Source: Squalus acanthias | Taxonomy: Eukaryota | DNA: 64,000 nt | Direction of reading: 5' to 3' | NCBI GenBank assembly: GCA_030390025.1 | Contig: JASTWF010000036.1 | Coordinates: 1,860,001-1,924,000, forward strand | Part shown: positions 1 through 12,249 of the stretch, one piece after another | Layout: the number at the start of each line of letters is the position of its first letter | Position numbering within the stretch: the stretch's first letter is position 1 | The notes under the pieces: generated by a model | Seen by the model: only the letters and a program-made list of their open reading frames with translations | What the model was told of the DNA's origin: nothing | Database searches by the model: none | Translations under genes and position numbers: made by a program

Positions 1-622
1 GTTCACTCGGTTAATCCCGGGGATAAGGGGATGGACATATGAGGAGAGGTTGGGTAGATTGGGACTCTACTCATTGGAGTTCAGAAGAATGAGAGGCGAT
101 CTTATTGAAACATATAAGATTGTGAAGGGGTTGGATCGGGTGGATGCGGGAAGGATGTTCCCGATGATGGGTGAAACTAGAACTAGGGGGCATAGTCTTA
201 GAATAAGGGGCTGCTCTTTCAAAACTGAGATGAGAAGGAACTACTTCACTCAGAGGGTGGTAGGTCCATGGAATATGCTGCCCCAAAAAGCTGTAGAAGC
301 TACATCATTACATAAATTTAAAACAGAAATAGACAGTTTCCTAGAAGTAAAGGGAATTAAGGGTTACGGGGAGCGGGCAGGAATTTGGACATGAGTCTAG
401 GTTCGGATCGGTCATGGCCCTGTGGGTAGCGTAGCGGGCCCAGGGGCCGTGTAGCCTGATCCTGCTCCTATTTCGTGTGTCCAATTCTGTTAGGTTCAGG
501 AGATGGTTCTGTGATAGTAGATTGGCGGTTAGGATCAGATCAGCCATGATCTTATTGAATGGCGGAGCAGGCTCGAGGGGCCAATTGGCCTACTCCTGCT
601 CCTATTTCTTATGTTCTTATGT
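1..622 (+). mobile_element. CR1-clade LINE 3' fragment, followed by a second CR1 3' tail
   Basis: ORF 50-394 LGLYSLEFRRMRGDLIETYK...TRGH...FTQRVV..WN.LP is the CR1 ORF2 C-terminus. A second 3' UTR ends in TTCTTATGTTCTTAT at about 606-620. Confidence 0.9.
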
Positions 623-648
623 AAACCACTTTGCATCAGTGCAGAATT

Positions 649-988
649 GGAGTGAGTCTTTGGTGCAATGGTAGCATTCTCGCCTCTGGGCCAGAAGGTG
701 CAGGGTTCGAACTCCCACTCCAGACAGTCTCGGCGAGTGGAGTCGGAGCTCCGGCTTTGAATTCTGGGTTGACATCCAGCGGGATGCTCGCGTCCGGTGG
801 GTATGGGTGGCCCCCCCCCCCCTCATCGTATGGGTTGTGGGAGCCCATAAAACCCTCCCACCGTGTAGGACGGACCACTCTATCGGCTGGTATAAAGATG
901 GTTACAGCCCTGGAAGGAGCGTTCACGCGGCCAGACAGACTGTTAATCAGCCTGTGGATCCTTCCACTACTTTACACTGTTCCCCAGT
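649..988 (+). mobile_element. tRNA-derived SINE (family 2)
   Basis: A-box-like TGGTGCAATGG and B-box GGTTCGAACTCC. An internally deleted reverse copy lies at about 39268-39441. Confidence 0.7.
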
Positions 989-1070
989 GAGAAGACATAA
1001 AAAGATGATCAATGCAGAATTGACTGTCTCATTTCAACATAAAATAACTGCGTACCTCCTTGTCTGAGAT

Positions 1071-1615
1071 GAACATAAGAACATAAGAATTAGGAGCAGG
1101 AGTCGGCCATTTGACCCTTCGAGCCTGCTCCGCCATTCAATAAGATCATGGCTGATCTTCTACCTCATCTTCCCTTTCCTGAACTATCCCTTGATTCCCT
1201 TAATATTCAAAAATCCATCGATCTCTGTCTTGAATATACTCAAAGACTCAGCATTCACAGCCCTCTGGGGTAGAGAATTCCAAAGATTCACCACCCTCTG
1301 AGTGAAGAAATTCTCCTCATCTCAGTCCTAAATGGCCGACCCCTTATTCTGAGACTGTGACCTCTGGTTCTAGTCTCCCCAGCCAGGGGGAAACATCCTC
1401 TCTGCATCTACCCTGTCAAGCCCTGTAAGAATTTTGTATGTTTCAATGAGATCACCTCTCATTCTTCTAAACTCCAGAGAATATAGGCCTAGTCTACTCA
1501 ATCTCTCCTCGTAGGACAATCCCCCCATCCCAGGAACCAGTCTGGTGAACCTTCGTTGCACTCCCTCTATGGCAAGTATATCCTTCCTTAGGTAAGGTGA
1601 CCAAAACTGTACACA
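1071..1615 (-). mobile_element. CR1-clade LINE 3' fragment
   Basis: Minus ORF 1370-1561 [36 protein letters not shown]; tail ACATAAGAACATAAGAA. Confidence 0.9.
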
Positions 1616-2264
1616 GCCTGTGTAATAATCAAACTGCAGTGATAGTCTTTATTCAGTGGCCAATTGAATCTCTGATCCTTCTGTGTTTGCATTCTTACTT
1701 TGGGAGAGTTTGTGGAGGATCTCGAAGAAAAAAAAATGTTTTTGAAGTTCTGTATGGTTTGGTTTTACATCGTCTTAAAGTTGGCATTCCGACGTGCCGG
1801 CTGGCATGGACTGCGCAGCCACCACCACAAGAGCTGCATTTCCCACGGGCACCGGCGAGCTGACAGCTGGCAGCAAGTCAGGAGGTAGTAGTTCAGTTGA
1901 GTGGTTCGAAGGATGACGGAAATCACGAAAGCAAAGCCAAAGGGGTTTCTGAAAGTAGCACAAAGAGTCCTGAGAAGGAACTTCTGCTGCCGGCTCTTTG
2001 CGATGTGTAGTGTGAGCCTCAATTTTACATTTTCAACTTTTTTGTTCCCATGTTGCTGAAGGTGTCACATTATAAATGGTGCGAGCTTGGGGAAAGGGTA
2101 ATGATCGTGACATAGCAGTATCACCTGACCAGCACTCCTGAGAAAGATTTGTCTGCAGAGAATTAACAAGAAATAAATTGCACAAAATATACACATTGTA
2201 TACTGTATAATCTAAACTATACAGTGCAGTATGCTACACACTATATGACGAACTATAGTGTATA

Positions 2265-2680
2265 ATAAGAAGAAAGAAATAAGAGCAGGAATAGGCCCCT
2301 CGAGCCTGCTCCGCCATTCAATAAGATCATGACTGATCATCGACCTCAACTCCACTTTCCCGCCTGATCTCTATATCCCTTGATTCCCCTAGAGTCCAAA
2401 AATCTATCGATCTCAGCCTTGAATATAATCAAAGACTCAGCATTCACAGCCCTCTCGGGTAGAGAATTCCAAAGATTCACAATCCTGAGTGAAGAAATTC
2501 CTCCTCATCTCAGTCTTAAATGGCCGACCCCTTATCCTGAGACTGTGACCCCTGGTTCTACACTCTCCAGCCAGGGGAAACAACCTCTCAGCATCTACCC
2601 TGTCACTCCCCCTCAGAATCTTGTATGTTTCAACGAGATCACCTCTCATTCTTCTAAACTCCAGCGAGTATCGGCCCACT
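2265..2680 (-). mobile_element. CR1-clade LINE 3' fragment
   Basis: Minus ORF YSLEFRRMRGDLVETYK...TRGHSLRIRGRPFKTEMRRNFF; same 3' UTR as the other copies. Confidence 0.88.
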
Positions 2681-2784
2681 CTACACATGTATCTATATAA
2701 TGTGTTGTTTACCAATATAAATGATCCAATATTAGTAACAATCGCATTAAACTGTACATATGAATTTCCTCTGTATGCTATTTT

Positions 2785-3280
2785 AAGAAAGAAAGAAAAA
2801 CTTGCATTTATATAGCGCCTTTCACGACCACCAGACGTCCCAAAGCACTTTACAGCCAATGAAGTACTTTTTTGGGGTGTAGTCACTGTTGCAATGTGGG
2901 AAACGCGGCAGCCAATTTGCACACAAACAGCAATGAGATAATGACCAGCTAATCTGATTTTGTTATGTTGATTGAGGGATAAGTATTGGCCCAGGACACC
3001 GGGAAGAACTCCCCTGCTCTTCTTTGAAATAATGCCTTGGGATCTTTTACGTCCACCTGAGAGAGCAGACGGGGCCTCGGTTTAATGTCTCATCCAAAAG
3101 ACGGCACCTCCGACAGTGCAGCACTCCCTCAGTACTGCCCCACCGACAGTGCAGCACTCCCTCAGCACGGCACTGGAGTATCAGCCTAGATTTATGTGCT
3201 CAAGTCCCTGGAGTGGGACTTGAACCCACAACCTTCATGACTCAGAGGCGAGTGTGCTACCTACTGAGCCATGGCTGACA
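2785..3280 (-). mobile_element. tRNA-head SINE with Deu-like core and L2-like tail (SacSINE1/DeuSINE-like)
   Basis: Reverse complement of TGTCAGCC..GGCTCAGT..GGTTCAAGTCCCACTCCAG head, CTCTCAGGTGGACGTAAAAGATCCC core and GCGCTATATAAATGCAAG tail. Four copies occur in the window. Family name is from recollection. Confidence 0.8.
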
Positions 3281-3405
3281 TGCGTTACCTGTTTAAAATA
3301 AATGGGTTAAGTCCTTTTGTACAGTAGTGGACAAGGCAATTTCATACAAACTTGTTAATGTGTTCATTATTGATATTACTTAACACAACTTCAACCCATG
3401 CATAG

Positions 3406-3569
3406 CAATGTTCCCTTTAATTTTTCTTTGGGTGCGTGGCCCCTTTAAGGGGCTGCACGGCTCATTCAAATTACCTCGCATGCGCGGTTTTTCCTATTTA
3501 AAAGCCGGTGAGCTGGCTGTGCGGGAGCTGCAGAGCGCTGCACAGCCGCGCAACTTAAAGGGAACATTG
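3406..3569. mobile_element. MITE with 15-bp TIR CAATGTTCCCTTTAA (hAT-like)
   Basis: Ends are CAATGTTCCCTTTAA and TTAAAGGGAACATTG. A related copy lies in the opposite orientation at 57396-57558. No TSD is visible here. Confidence 0.75.
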
Positions 3570-4486
3570 AGGGACCATATAATTAGCTGTACACTGCATG
3601 TAATCATTAAAGTTATACCCTTCATAATATATGCCATATAACAGGCACTGTACAGAATATATTGTATATTATACGATAAACTATACACTATTGTATAATC
3701 AAATATACAACACACAGCATTTCCACTATAATAATCTGCACATTATTCCGTGATTCCAATCGGGGAATCAGTCCTTATCGAAATAATTTGTGCTCTGTGT
3801 GATACACTCTGTACAATATAATATTTCATATTTCTTATGTATTACACACTGTAATAAACTGTGCACTATATAAAATTGTCAGGACAAGCTTATCGGGAAT
3901 GGCTGAAACCTGGTTTGAATCTGCACTCAAAAGCAGAAACCTCCATGCAAAATGGGTAAAGTAGTTGGTTACCTAGCAACCACCGACATAAGTGTGTTGT
4001 ACTTTTGATTTCTGATATGCTGAAGTATAATGACGGTTCCCGCTGGGCGTCACAAAGAGAGAGAAAGACACTGAAAGGGAATGAATCCTGAGAGAATAGG
4101 GGTGAAAGGTTCCAGCGATTCTGGCTTTGGGCTGGCTCGTGTATTTTTCCCCTTCTCCATCCCATTCTCACTTGTACCTGTTCTCTGTCATGTGTCAGCC
4201 AAAAGGCTTGACTGCTTCTGACTGCGTGAGCTCGAGTTGGAGTTGAAGCCAGGGAGTCTTTCATTCAATGCACATTACTTGCAGTGTTTTACTGTGCAAT
4301 GCGGAGGGTGAGTGGTGTGGATTTAACTTTTGAATGACACCATAAGAGCTGCATGGACTGAGAATTACCTTGGAAAGGGAAATCGCACCAGTCCTCAGGT
4401 TCAGGTTAGTTTGAGTGGTTGATGGTGGCAGTGTAAGAGCTCATTAATATAGCATTAACGTCTGTTTACTCTGTTCTCCCACACAG

Positions 4487-4614
4487 ATGAAACCTCCTTT
4501 GAAGCTGGTATAAAGGTTCAGATTCACGGTCAGAATGAGCCACCGTTTATCGACCAGCTGGGTTTTGGAGTGCCACCTGGATTTCAGACATTTGTGTCCT
4601 GTCAAGAACAGCGG
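4487..4614 (+). CDS. ASIC1: ASIC1-type acid-sensing ion channel, internal coding exon A (128 nt)
   Basis: Acceptor ...ctcccacacAG at 4485-4486 and donor GTATGA at 4615. Translates (D)[42 protein letters not shown], which matches the ASIC1 palm/beta-ball segment as I recall it. Missed by the ORF track. Confidence 0.95.
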
Positions 4615-4654
4615 GTATGAGGAAATGAGATCAAACTGTGATTCTAGTCTCTTA

Positions 4655-5438
4655 GGGCTGGATTTTGAATGACCCATGGAGTCGAGTTTGGAGGCGTGTG
4701 GGGGGTTAAATTTGCGGGGTCGGGGGTCCCGACTCCATTCCGCCTCCACGCAATTTTGACAAAATCAGTCGCGGGGTTCCCGACTCCGTCCCACCTCCAA
4801 GAGGCGGGAGAGGCCATTAAAGCCCTTAACAAGCCCTAAATTGGCTCTGTAATGCCATTTTGAAACGTTTTAGCTAGTTTAACCCTTTTCCGACGTGAAG
4901 TACGCCTGGTGTGAAACACTCTAGTGAAACCTGGCGGGAGCACAAGTGGATAGCTGACTATTAGCTGCAGGTCCACTATTACAAAGGAGATGTGATGAAG
5001 GTAGTAGTAGTATTAGGTCTGAAAGTCGCCTCTGATGCTGCTGCATTGAATGTCTTCAGAGACTGCCTGGCCTTTGCTGTGAGAGGACTTGGATGGAAAA
5101 AGACTCTCTCTCTCTCTATCTCTCTATCACACACACACATATATATATCCAGGTCCACTCACAGCAAAAGCCAGGCAGGTCCTCTCTCTCCAACAGTCAG
5201 GCAGTCTCTGATACCAGGCAGACAGTCTCTGACCTGCAATGCAGCAGCAATGATGACATCATCAGAGGCGACTTTCAGACTGAAACCACTAATTGGGTCA
5301 TGGGTTCCCACATGCTGGAACTCAATTGCCCAATTAAGTGAAAATTGCATCATTCATCCACATTAATCTGGAGTCGGGGGGGAAACACGAAATGCGGAGG
5401 ACCCGACCCCAACCCGACCCCAAGACAAAATCCAGCCC
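4655..5438. mobile_element. Non-autonomous PIF/Harbinger element (MITE) with internal foldback
   Basis: Perfect 13-bp TIR GGGCTGGATTTTG and TTA target duplication (4652-4654, 5439-5441). Internal inverted arms at about 5017-5281. Confidence 0.85.
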
Positions 5439-5910
5439 TTAGTATCAGCTACATCATCTTAAAGACACAGTGGCTTTGTTGAGGGCCATTTTGGTGTCTC
5501 CCAGCCCAGGTTGTTGCCAATAACAAGTATTTACTACAAACACATCCTGTTTTCCCAGAAGAAATGCTTCTGGTGACCAGATGTTACCACAGCCCAGGGC
5601 GTCACTGCACATCTGTTGATGTTTCAGCCGGGACCCTTCCAGAGGTCTTACAAAGATTCCCACCCAAAATGTGAAGCTGGCTTTTCTGCTCTAGACGCTG
5701 ACTGCCCTGCTGTCTATCGCCAGTATCTTCTCCTCTGATTTCCAACATTCATGCTTTTTGTTCTGATCATCCTGAACATACAATTAACTCACAAGTATCG
5801 AGTCTTTCAAAGCATTTAATAATACAATCTGAGCCTTTTTTGTGAAGGGGAGGAGAATGGAGGCTCACCAAGGTGAGGGATGTCAGTACTGAGGAGTTGA
5901 ACTCTAACAT

Positions 5911-7690
5911 CGGCCAGAATTTTCCCATCAAAAAGCGAGTGGGTTTGGAGCGTGGGGGGCAGTTAACTTGCTAAAAATGCGAATCCCACCCACTTCCGGT
6001 TTGCCCGGAGGCGGGAAGGGGGGGGCGGGCAGCCAACCCGCTGTTAGGGAGCGTTACCTCACTTTAAATATTGTAATGAGGCGGGCAGCCTCTATTTTCA
6101 CCTCCATTTTTAATTTAACTGCCTGGGGACGGATTTCACACAATTCGTGAAACTCGGCAGTTAAACCGAGGCGGGGAACTGCTGGATCCAGGAGGTAAGA
6201 GGCTTTATACCTACCTCCTGGATCCAGGGTCCCGACCTAACCCACCCCCCGCGATCGGAGACCAGCCCCCGCCACAAGGCCTCTGATTGCCTCCCCCCTC
6301 CCCCCCCAACGATGATGATGAGGCCGGCCCCGATCCTCCAGCCCCCCACCCCGCAATCCCCGCCCACCCCCCCCCCACGATCCCCGATCCCCACCCGTGA
6401 TTCCCGTTTCCCCCCCTCCTCCCGCGGTCCCCACTTGCCTGCCAATCCCCAATCTCCCCGATCCCCTGCTGATCCTGCAACAACCCCCCCGCCGATCCTC
6501 TCTCCCCTCACCCGATTCCTGACTGCTCCCCCCGCCAGATGGTTGGCAACCCCACCCTCCCACGATCCCTCCCCCGTACCAACCCCTCGCAACTGAGGCC
6601 TACCCACCCGCAGCCAGCCAGCCTCTCAAGCTGGAAACCAAGGCCTCACAAATTAGGCCCTGGCGGTAAAGTCGGCAGGGCCTGCGGGAAACCCGGCCTC
6701 CCGGGTTTCCCGCCCACCTCGGACCCCTCCCACCCCCATTAATGGGGGCTGTACTGGCAGTCAATCTCGCCCTCCAGGACCTATGGCGGAGGGAGCGTAG
6801 GCAGCGAGAAAGATTGGAACATGTGGCCAGAGGGAGGAGGAGGGCCATCAGGGCTTACCCTCCGAGGGTATTCCGACAGCACTTCTCCTACCTTCAATGA
6901 AGCCAGGAGCCGTGTATTAGAGGGCTCCGCTTCAGCAAGGAGGTGGTCACAGAACTCTGCCACCTCCTCCAAACAGACCTCCAGCCTCACACCAGGATGA
7001 CTTAAACCCCAGATCACTCTGCCATCCCTGTGTCATGCCATATCACAGCGTCCTCCTGGGTGCAAAGGTGAAATGAGAGAGACCACAAAATATTGCAAAC
7101 TCCATGAATAAATTTATGCATAAACATGTCACACATATCACAATCATTCAAACAACTAATGACCCTTGCACCTGTCATAGTTGAATAGCTGTCATTGCGT
7201 GCAAGGTGTGAGATGTGGGTGTGAGTGTTGGTGGGTAGTGATTGTTGGTGGGTGAGTGCTGGGGGTCTGGTGCTTTGGACAGTGTGTGAAGCTTGTGGTA
7301 CAGATGATGGTATGTAGCATTTGTTGAAGCATTCAATCACCCTGACCACCCGAGTGAGGTGAATCTTCCATGAGCACACCTGCTTCAGTCCTCCGGCTCC
7401 TTCTCCTTGTTGTGCTTCTCCTTGCTGAGGCAGCTGCACAGCCAGCATTGCTGAGAATGAGGTGCTGCAGCATCAATGAACCACCCCTTTCAGTACTGTG
7501 GCGATGATAACTTGATATTAGACTGCACCCGATATTGGTTAGCGCTTTGCGTTTAACGCTGCTGAGCTAGGCCATTAGCGCTTGATTTCGCGCTCCAATC
7601 CTTTCTTTGTGCAATGAGACTGAATTTTGTGTGCAGTCTGAAGCATTAGCACTTAGCGTTAATTCTCAAACGTTTCAAAAGTTACCGGCC
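5911..7690. mobile_element. Decayed PIF/Harbinger-derived composite region
   Basis: About 6830-7000 (+) translates RGRRRAIRAYPPRVFRQHFSYLQ*SQEPCIRGLRFSKEVVTELCHLLQTDLQPHTR, resembling a HARBI1-like transposase N-terminus. Flanks are GC-rich and MITE-like. Boundaries are approximate. Confidence 0.6.
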
Positions 7691-7729
7691 ATTCCTAGGC
7701 TATAATGAATGCCTCCCCCAGAGAGTTAA

Positions 7730-8403
7730 CAAGCAGGTATAGCAAGCAATTAGGAAGGCATATGGCACGTTGGCCTTTATTGCAAGGGGGTTGGAGTACA
7801 AGAATTAGGAAGTCTTGCTACAATTGTACAGGGCCTTGGTGAAACCACACCTGGAGCACTGTGCACAGTTTTGGTCTCCTTATCTGAGGAAGGATATACT
7901 TGCCTTAGAGGTGGTGCAATGAAGGTTCACTAGATTGATCCCTGGGATGAGAGGGTTGTCCTATGAGGAGAGATTGAGTAGATCGGGCCTATACTCTCTG
8001 GAGTTTAGAAGAATGAGGGGTGATCTCTCTGAAACATATAAGATTCTGAAGGGGATTGACAGGGTAGATGCTGAGAGGTTGTTTCCCCTGGCTGGAGTGT
8101 CTAGAACGAGGGGGACATAGTCTCAGGATAAGGGGTCGGCCATTTAGGACCGAGATGAGGAGGAATTTCTTCACTCAGAGGGTGGTGAATCTTTGGAATT
8201 CTCTACCCCAGAGGGCTGTGGAGGCTCAGTCGTTGAGTATATTCAAGGCTGAGATCGATAGATTTTTGGACTCTAGGGTAATCGAGGGATATGGAGATCG
8301 GGCGGGAAATAGAGTAGAGGTTGAAGATCAGCCATGATCTTATTGAATGGCGGAGCAGGCTCGAGGGGCCGTATGGCCGACTCCTGCTCCTAATTCTTAT
8401 GTT
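7730..8403 (+). mobile_element. CR1-clade LINE 3' fragment ending about 85 bp upstream of exon B
   Basis: ORFs 7935-8120 and 8068-8337 are frameshifted pieces of the CR1 ORF2 C-terminus, followed by a CR1 3' UTR. Confidence 0.9.
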
Positions 8404-8487
8404 TTTATATCTAATGATTTAAAAAAAAATGTTTTATTGAAATGCCTTCTGAATATTCCTCTACTTTTATGTTCTTCTTCCCCTCAG

Positions 8488-8638
8488 CTAATCTACTTGC
8501 CTCCTCCCTGGGGGGACTGCAAATCTACCCCAATGGACTCGGACTTCTTTGACACTTACAGTATCACCGCTTGTAGAATTGACTGTGAAACTCGGTACCT
8601 GGTTGAGAACTGTAACTGTCGGATGGTGCACATGCCAG
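8488..8638 (+). CDS. ASIC1: ASIC1-type channel, internal coding exon B (151 nt), cysteine-rich thumb start
   Basis: Pyrimidine tract plus CAG at 8485-8487; donor GTAAGT at 8639. Translates [50 protein letters not shown](G). Phase 0 join to exon A is in frame. Confidence 0.97.
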
Positions 8639-9096
8639 GTAAGTTGCCATTGAAACATGCCGTTCTTTGATTCAGTGGGGTTGGAGACCAAGAGTCTTGG
8701 TAATTGATAGCAACTTGTATTTTCAATACAGAAAAATAGATTGAAAGCAATTATGACAAGGAGTTCATCTAATCTCATGCTCATTGTCGCTCCTCAGTCT
8801 TCCTTTCCCCGCTGCCCCTCCCCCGATGCTAAAATCTTTTGAAGCCTAAGCTTGATCACTACATTCTGATTGACCTCATCTTCTCCTCGACTCTTTTCAA
8901 CCTCCGCACTCACCATTACCTCACTTGGCAGTTTAGGCACTTGAGAATTACCAGGTCGGGTCATGTAGGGTGGAAATCATATAAACTGCAGCTCACAGCC
9001 TGTCTATCTCCAGTACCTGACGCTCCCTGGCCCTCGTGACATCAGGTCACAACCTACCAGTCCTGGGATGTTCTGTCAGATGGGATTATGGGGGGA

Positions 9097-9822
9097 AAGG
9101 AGAGAGAGGGACAGAGGGAGAGAGAGGGACAGAGGGAGAGAGAGGGACAGAGGGAGAGAGAGGGACAGAGGGAGAGAGAGGGACAGAGGGAGAGAGAGGG
9201 ACAGAGGGAGAGAGAGGGACAGAGGGAGAGAGAGGGACAGAGGGAGAGAGAGGGACAGAGGGAGAGAGAGGGACAGAGGGAGAGAGAGGGACAGAGGGAG
9301 AGAGGGGGACAGAGGGAGAGAGAGGGACAGAGGGAGAGAGAGGGACAGAGGGAGAGAGAGGGACAGAGGGAGAGAGAGGGACAGAGGGAGAGCGAGGGAC
9401 AGAGGGAGAGAGAGGGACAGAGGGAGAGAGAGGGACAGAGGGACAGAGGGAGAGAGAGGGACAGAGGGAGAGAGAGGGACAGAGGGAGAGAGAGGGACAG
9501 AGGGAGAGAGAGAGAGAGAGGGAGAGAGAGGGAGAGAGGGACAGCGGGAGAGAGAGAGAGAGAGAGAGTGAGGGAGAGTGAGACAGCGGGAGAGTGAGAC
9601 AGAGACAGCGGGAGAGTGAGACAGAGACAGAGACAGAGAGAGAGTGAGACAGCGGGAGACAGAGAGAGAGACAGAGAGAGACAGAGAGAGAGAGACAGAG
9701 AGAGAGAGAGACAGAGAGAGAGAGACAGAGAGAGAGAGACAGAGAGAGAGAGACAGAGAGAGAGACAGAGAGAGAAATAACGAGACAGACGGAGAGTGAG
9801 AGAGAGAGAGACCGAGACAGAG
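9097..9822. repeat. Polypurine AG-rich minisatellite (18-bp unit GAGAGAGGGACAGAGGGA) grading into (GA)n/(GACAGA)n
   Basis: Direct inspection. It produces the spurious GERGTE / REREGQ repeat ORFs. Confidence 0.95.
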
Positions 9823-9867
9823 ATAAAATCCCTCTCTACATTATTTTCAGCGTACTGTTAACATATT

Positions 9868-10581
9868 GGCCCAGAAATTGATCTCGCTCTGTTCCCGCGG
9901 GGGTAAGGCTTCCCCGCGATCTCTCACTCCGCTTGTGCTTTTTCAGATCCAGCTCGCACGAACTTGATGTTCCAGACATCAGCTGGGCAGTGCTTGCGTA
10001 TCCCACCGGCGTAGTGAATTCGTGCGAGTTGTGGGATCACGTGACTCAGTTAGAGCCAATGGCAGCACACCATCTTCCATTCATAAGTTTCACATACGTG
10101 CTGTGAAATCTATGAATCTTACACCCCCCCAAAATAACAGCTAAACTTCAATTAAATTTAAAAAAAACCCATCACATTAATAAAATAAGTATAGTTAAAT
10201 AAATTAACCATTTTAAATAAAAAATTAAATTTTTGAAAAAATTTAAAATCTTTTAAAAAGTTATAAAAATAAACTTACCTGTCTTTAAAGTCTCTAAAAC
10301 AGATATACCTGTTAAAAAAAATTCAAAAAAATACTTAATTCACTACTTACCTTGTTAAAAGTGGGTCTTATTCCTCCTTTTTCCATTTCTAAAATCTTCC
10401 GTACTTACCTGCGCGTCCAAAGCATGAAGTGCACAGCGTGCGCGCAGCCTGTAGCGCGCACGCGGTGCACCGAGGAACCGCCCCCTTTTCAAAAGACCAA
10501 GTGCCGGTTTTCAGCGCATGCGCAGGGCATGCAGAAAACCGGCAATTGGAGAGATCGCGCAGCGGGATCAATTTTTGGCCC
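9868..10581 (+). mobile_element. Non-autonomous PIF/Harbinger-like MITE, family X copy 1
   Basis: TIRs GGCCCAGAAATTGATCTCGCT / GGGCCAAAAATTGATCCCGCT with 3-bp TSD ATT on both sides. GC-rich arms and an AT-rich core. Near-identical inverted copy at 54796-55539. Confidence 0.9.
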
Positions 10582-11494
10582 ATTAGCATCAAATTGTTAC
10601 GTGTGCTTTTTTATAATTCTCTGCTATCTCAGTTCTTTCCCACAGTCTACCCCATAAATTAATTCTATCACCCTTAAGAGAAAATTCTTTAGCATAAAGA
10701 TGTAGCAGAGAAAGTGTAATTTTCTCTGTCATTTTCTTACTTGCAAACACTAAAATATCGAACATTGAACACAGGCACGAGGTCCTGTCGGCTATTACGG
10801 TGGTGCATTTATTACCATTAATGATGGTACAATGGATTGAATCTCCCCAGTTTATACAGTGAACAGTGTTTTGAAGGGACACCATAGCAGGGCCTTCATG
10901 AATTGGATGAAAATCTGTCGAGCCCCTTTACAGTGGCACTGGCTAAAATATTGTAGCTGCCTCATTTTCTCTGCCACCTTCTGAGATCGTGAAATGGGCC
11001 GGCACAACAGCAGGAAGGATCTGGAGTGTCCCTGCTGTGACCAACAAGCCTACACAGATCAGCTGGTGATGACACAGAGCCTTGAGAGTGACTAATGAAT
11101 GGGATTGCTCACTGAGCATTTCAAAGAGCGTGGGTTTCTAATCCATTGCAGCAGAGCCACCAAATTACATTTACCTGTGGAGATGAGCAGAGATCTGAGG
11201 CTAGAAATTCCTGCAGTCTAGTGACATAAAGTCGTTGCTATCTGGGTGGACGGGGGAGGAATTTTGGGATGGGACCAGGACTCTGCCAATTGTTTGCCCC
11301 CCCGGTTGCAAATTCCACAGGAAGTGAGGGGTGGGCGCAAGAAGCCCATCTGCGGTGCCATCGCTGGAGGAGCCAGCGATTGGCATGATGGCATGGGCCA
11401 TCTGAATTCCCAGCAGTTCTGCCTCAGTTGCTGGTCACACCAGACCCCTCAGAAAAAGGCTACAGAATGACCCAGATTTGGGAGGCAAGGTTAT

Positions 11495-11775
11495 AATCTT
11501 AATTTAAGGTAATTGGCAAAATAACCAGAGGGGAGATGAGGGAAAAAAAATTTACGCAGCGAGTTGTTGTGATCTGGAATGCGCTGCCTGAAAGGGCGGT
11601 GGAAGCAGATTCAATAGTAACTTTCAAAAGGGAATGGGATGAATATGTGAAGGGGAAAAATTTGCAGGGCTATGGGGAAAGAGCAGGGGAGTGGGCCTAA
11701 TTGGACAGCTCGTTCAAAGAGCCAGCACAGGCACGATGGGCTGAATGGCCTCCTCCTGTGCTGTATCATTCTATG
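11495..11775 (+). mobile_element. CR1-clade LINE 3' fragment
   Basis: TTTAAGGTAATTGGC...TGGAATGCGCTGCCTGAAAGG...CATTCTATGAT tail, shared with the 16400-20006 element. Confidence 0.85.
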
Positions 11776-12249
11776 ATAATAGGGCAGACCTTTGGCCTGG
11801 TAAGGCAATATTTCTGGGTTTGCGTCATCCCGACAGTGCCTTTCAGTTTGACCTGGAGTGAGCTCGCAGAATAATTGTGTTATGTTGCAAGCAGCATGGT
11901 ATTTGCCATTGCATGAGGCTTCCTTGCCCAAGAGGAGCTACAATAAGCCTCATTGAAGAGGATGAGGAACAACACAAAGCCCCTGCTTTATGGCAACCAG
12001 TTCCCGCAGGTGCAGCAGATGTGCATCATGAATTTCTCCCCTTGAAGCCCCCACATGGCCCATTCTGCCCAGAGAAGGACTGAATACAGACATTTGTAAA
12101 TACATGTGAACTATAGTTGTCTGGCTGTTCTCCATTTTTATTAATATAAAAGATTGTAATTGTGCGGGGAGATTTTTAATAAAAGAATAATAATTTCAAT
12201 CTTTAGCATGTTGAGCATTCGCTTTTATTAATGTAAGAGTATGTTCAAT

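Noticed and set aside
649..725. tRNA gene candidates (also 23574-23645 and other SINE heads)
   Set aside because: A/B boxes are present but continue into SINE bodies found in multiple copies. No convincing acceptor stem or terminator.
3110..3165. Short tandem duplication CCGACAGTGCAGCACTCCCTCAG
   Set aside because: Local duplication within a SINE, only two units, no evidence of function.
8347..8670. 107-aa ORF as a standalone gene
   Set aside because: It starts in a CR1 3' UTR; only 8488-8638 is exon.
9036..9597. Repetitive ORFs (GERGTE, RERDRG, REREGQ)
   Set aside because: Translation of an AG-rich minisatellite that contains no T and therefore no stops.
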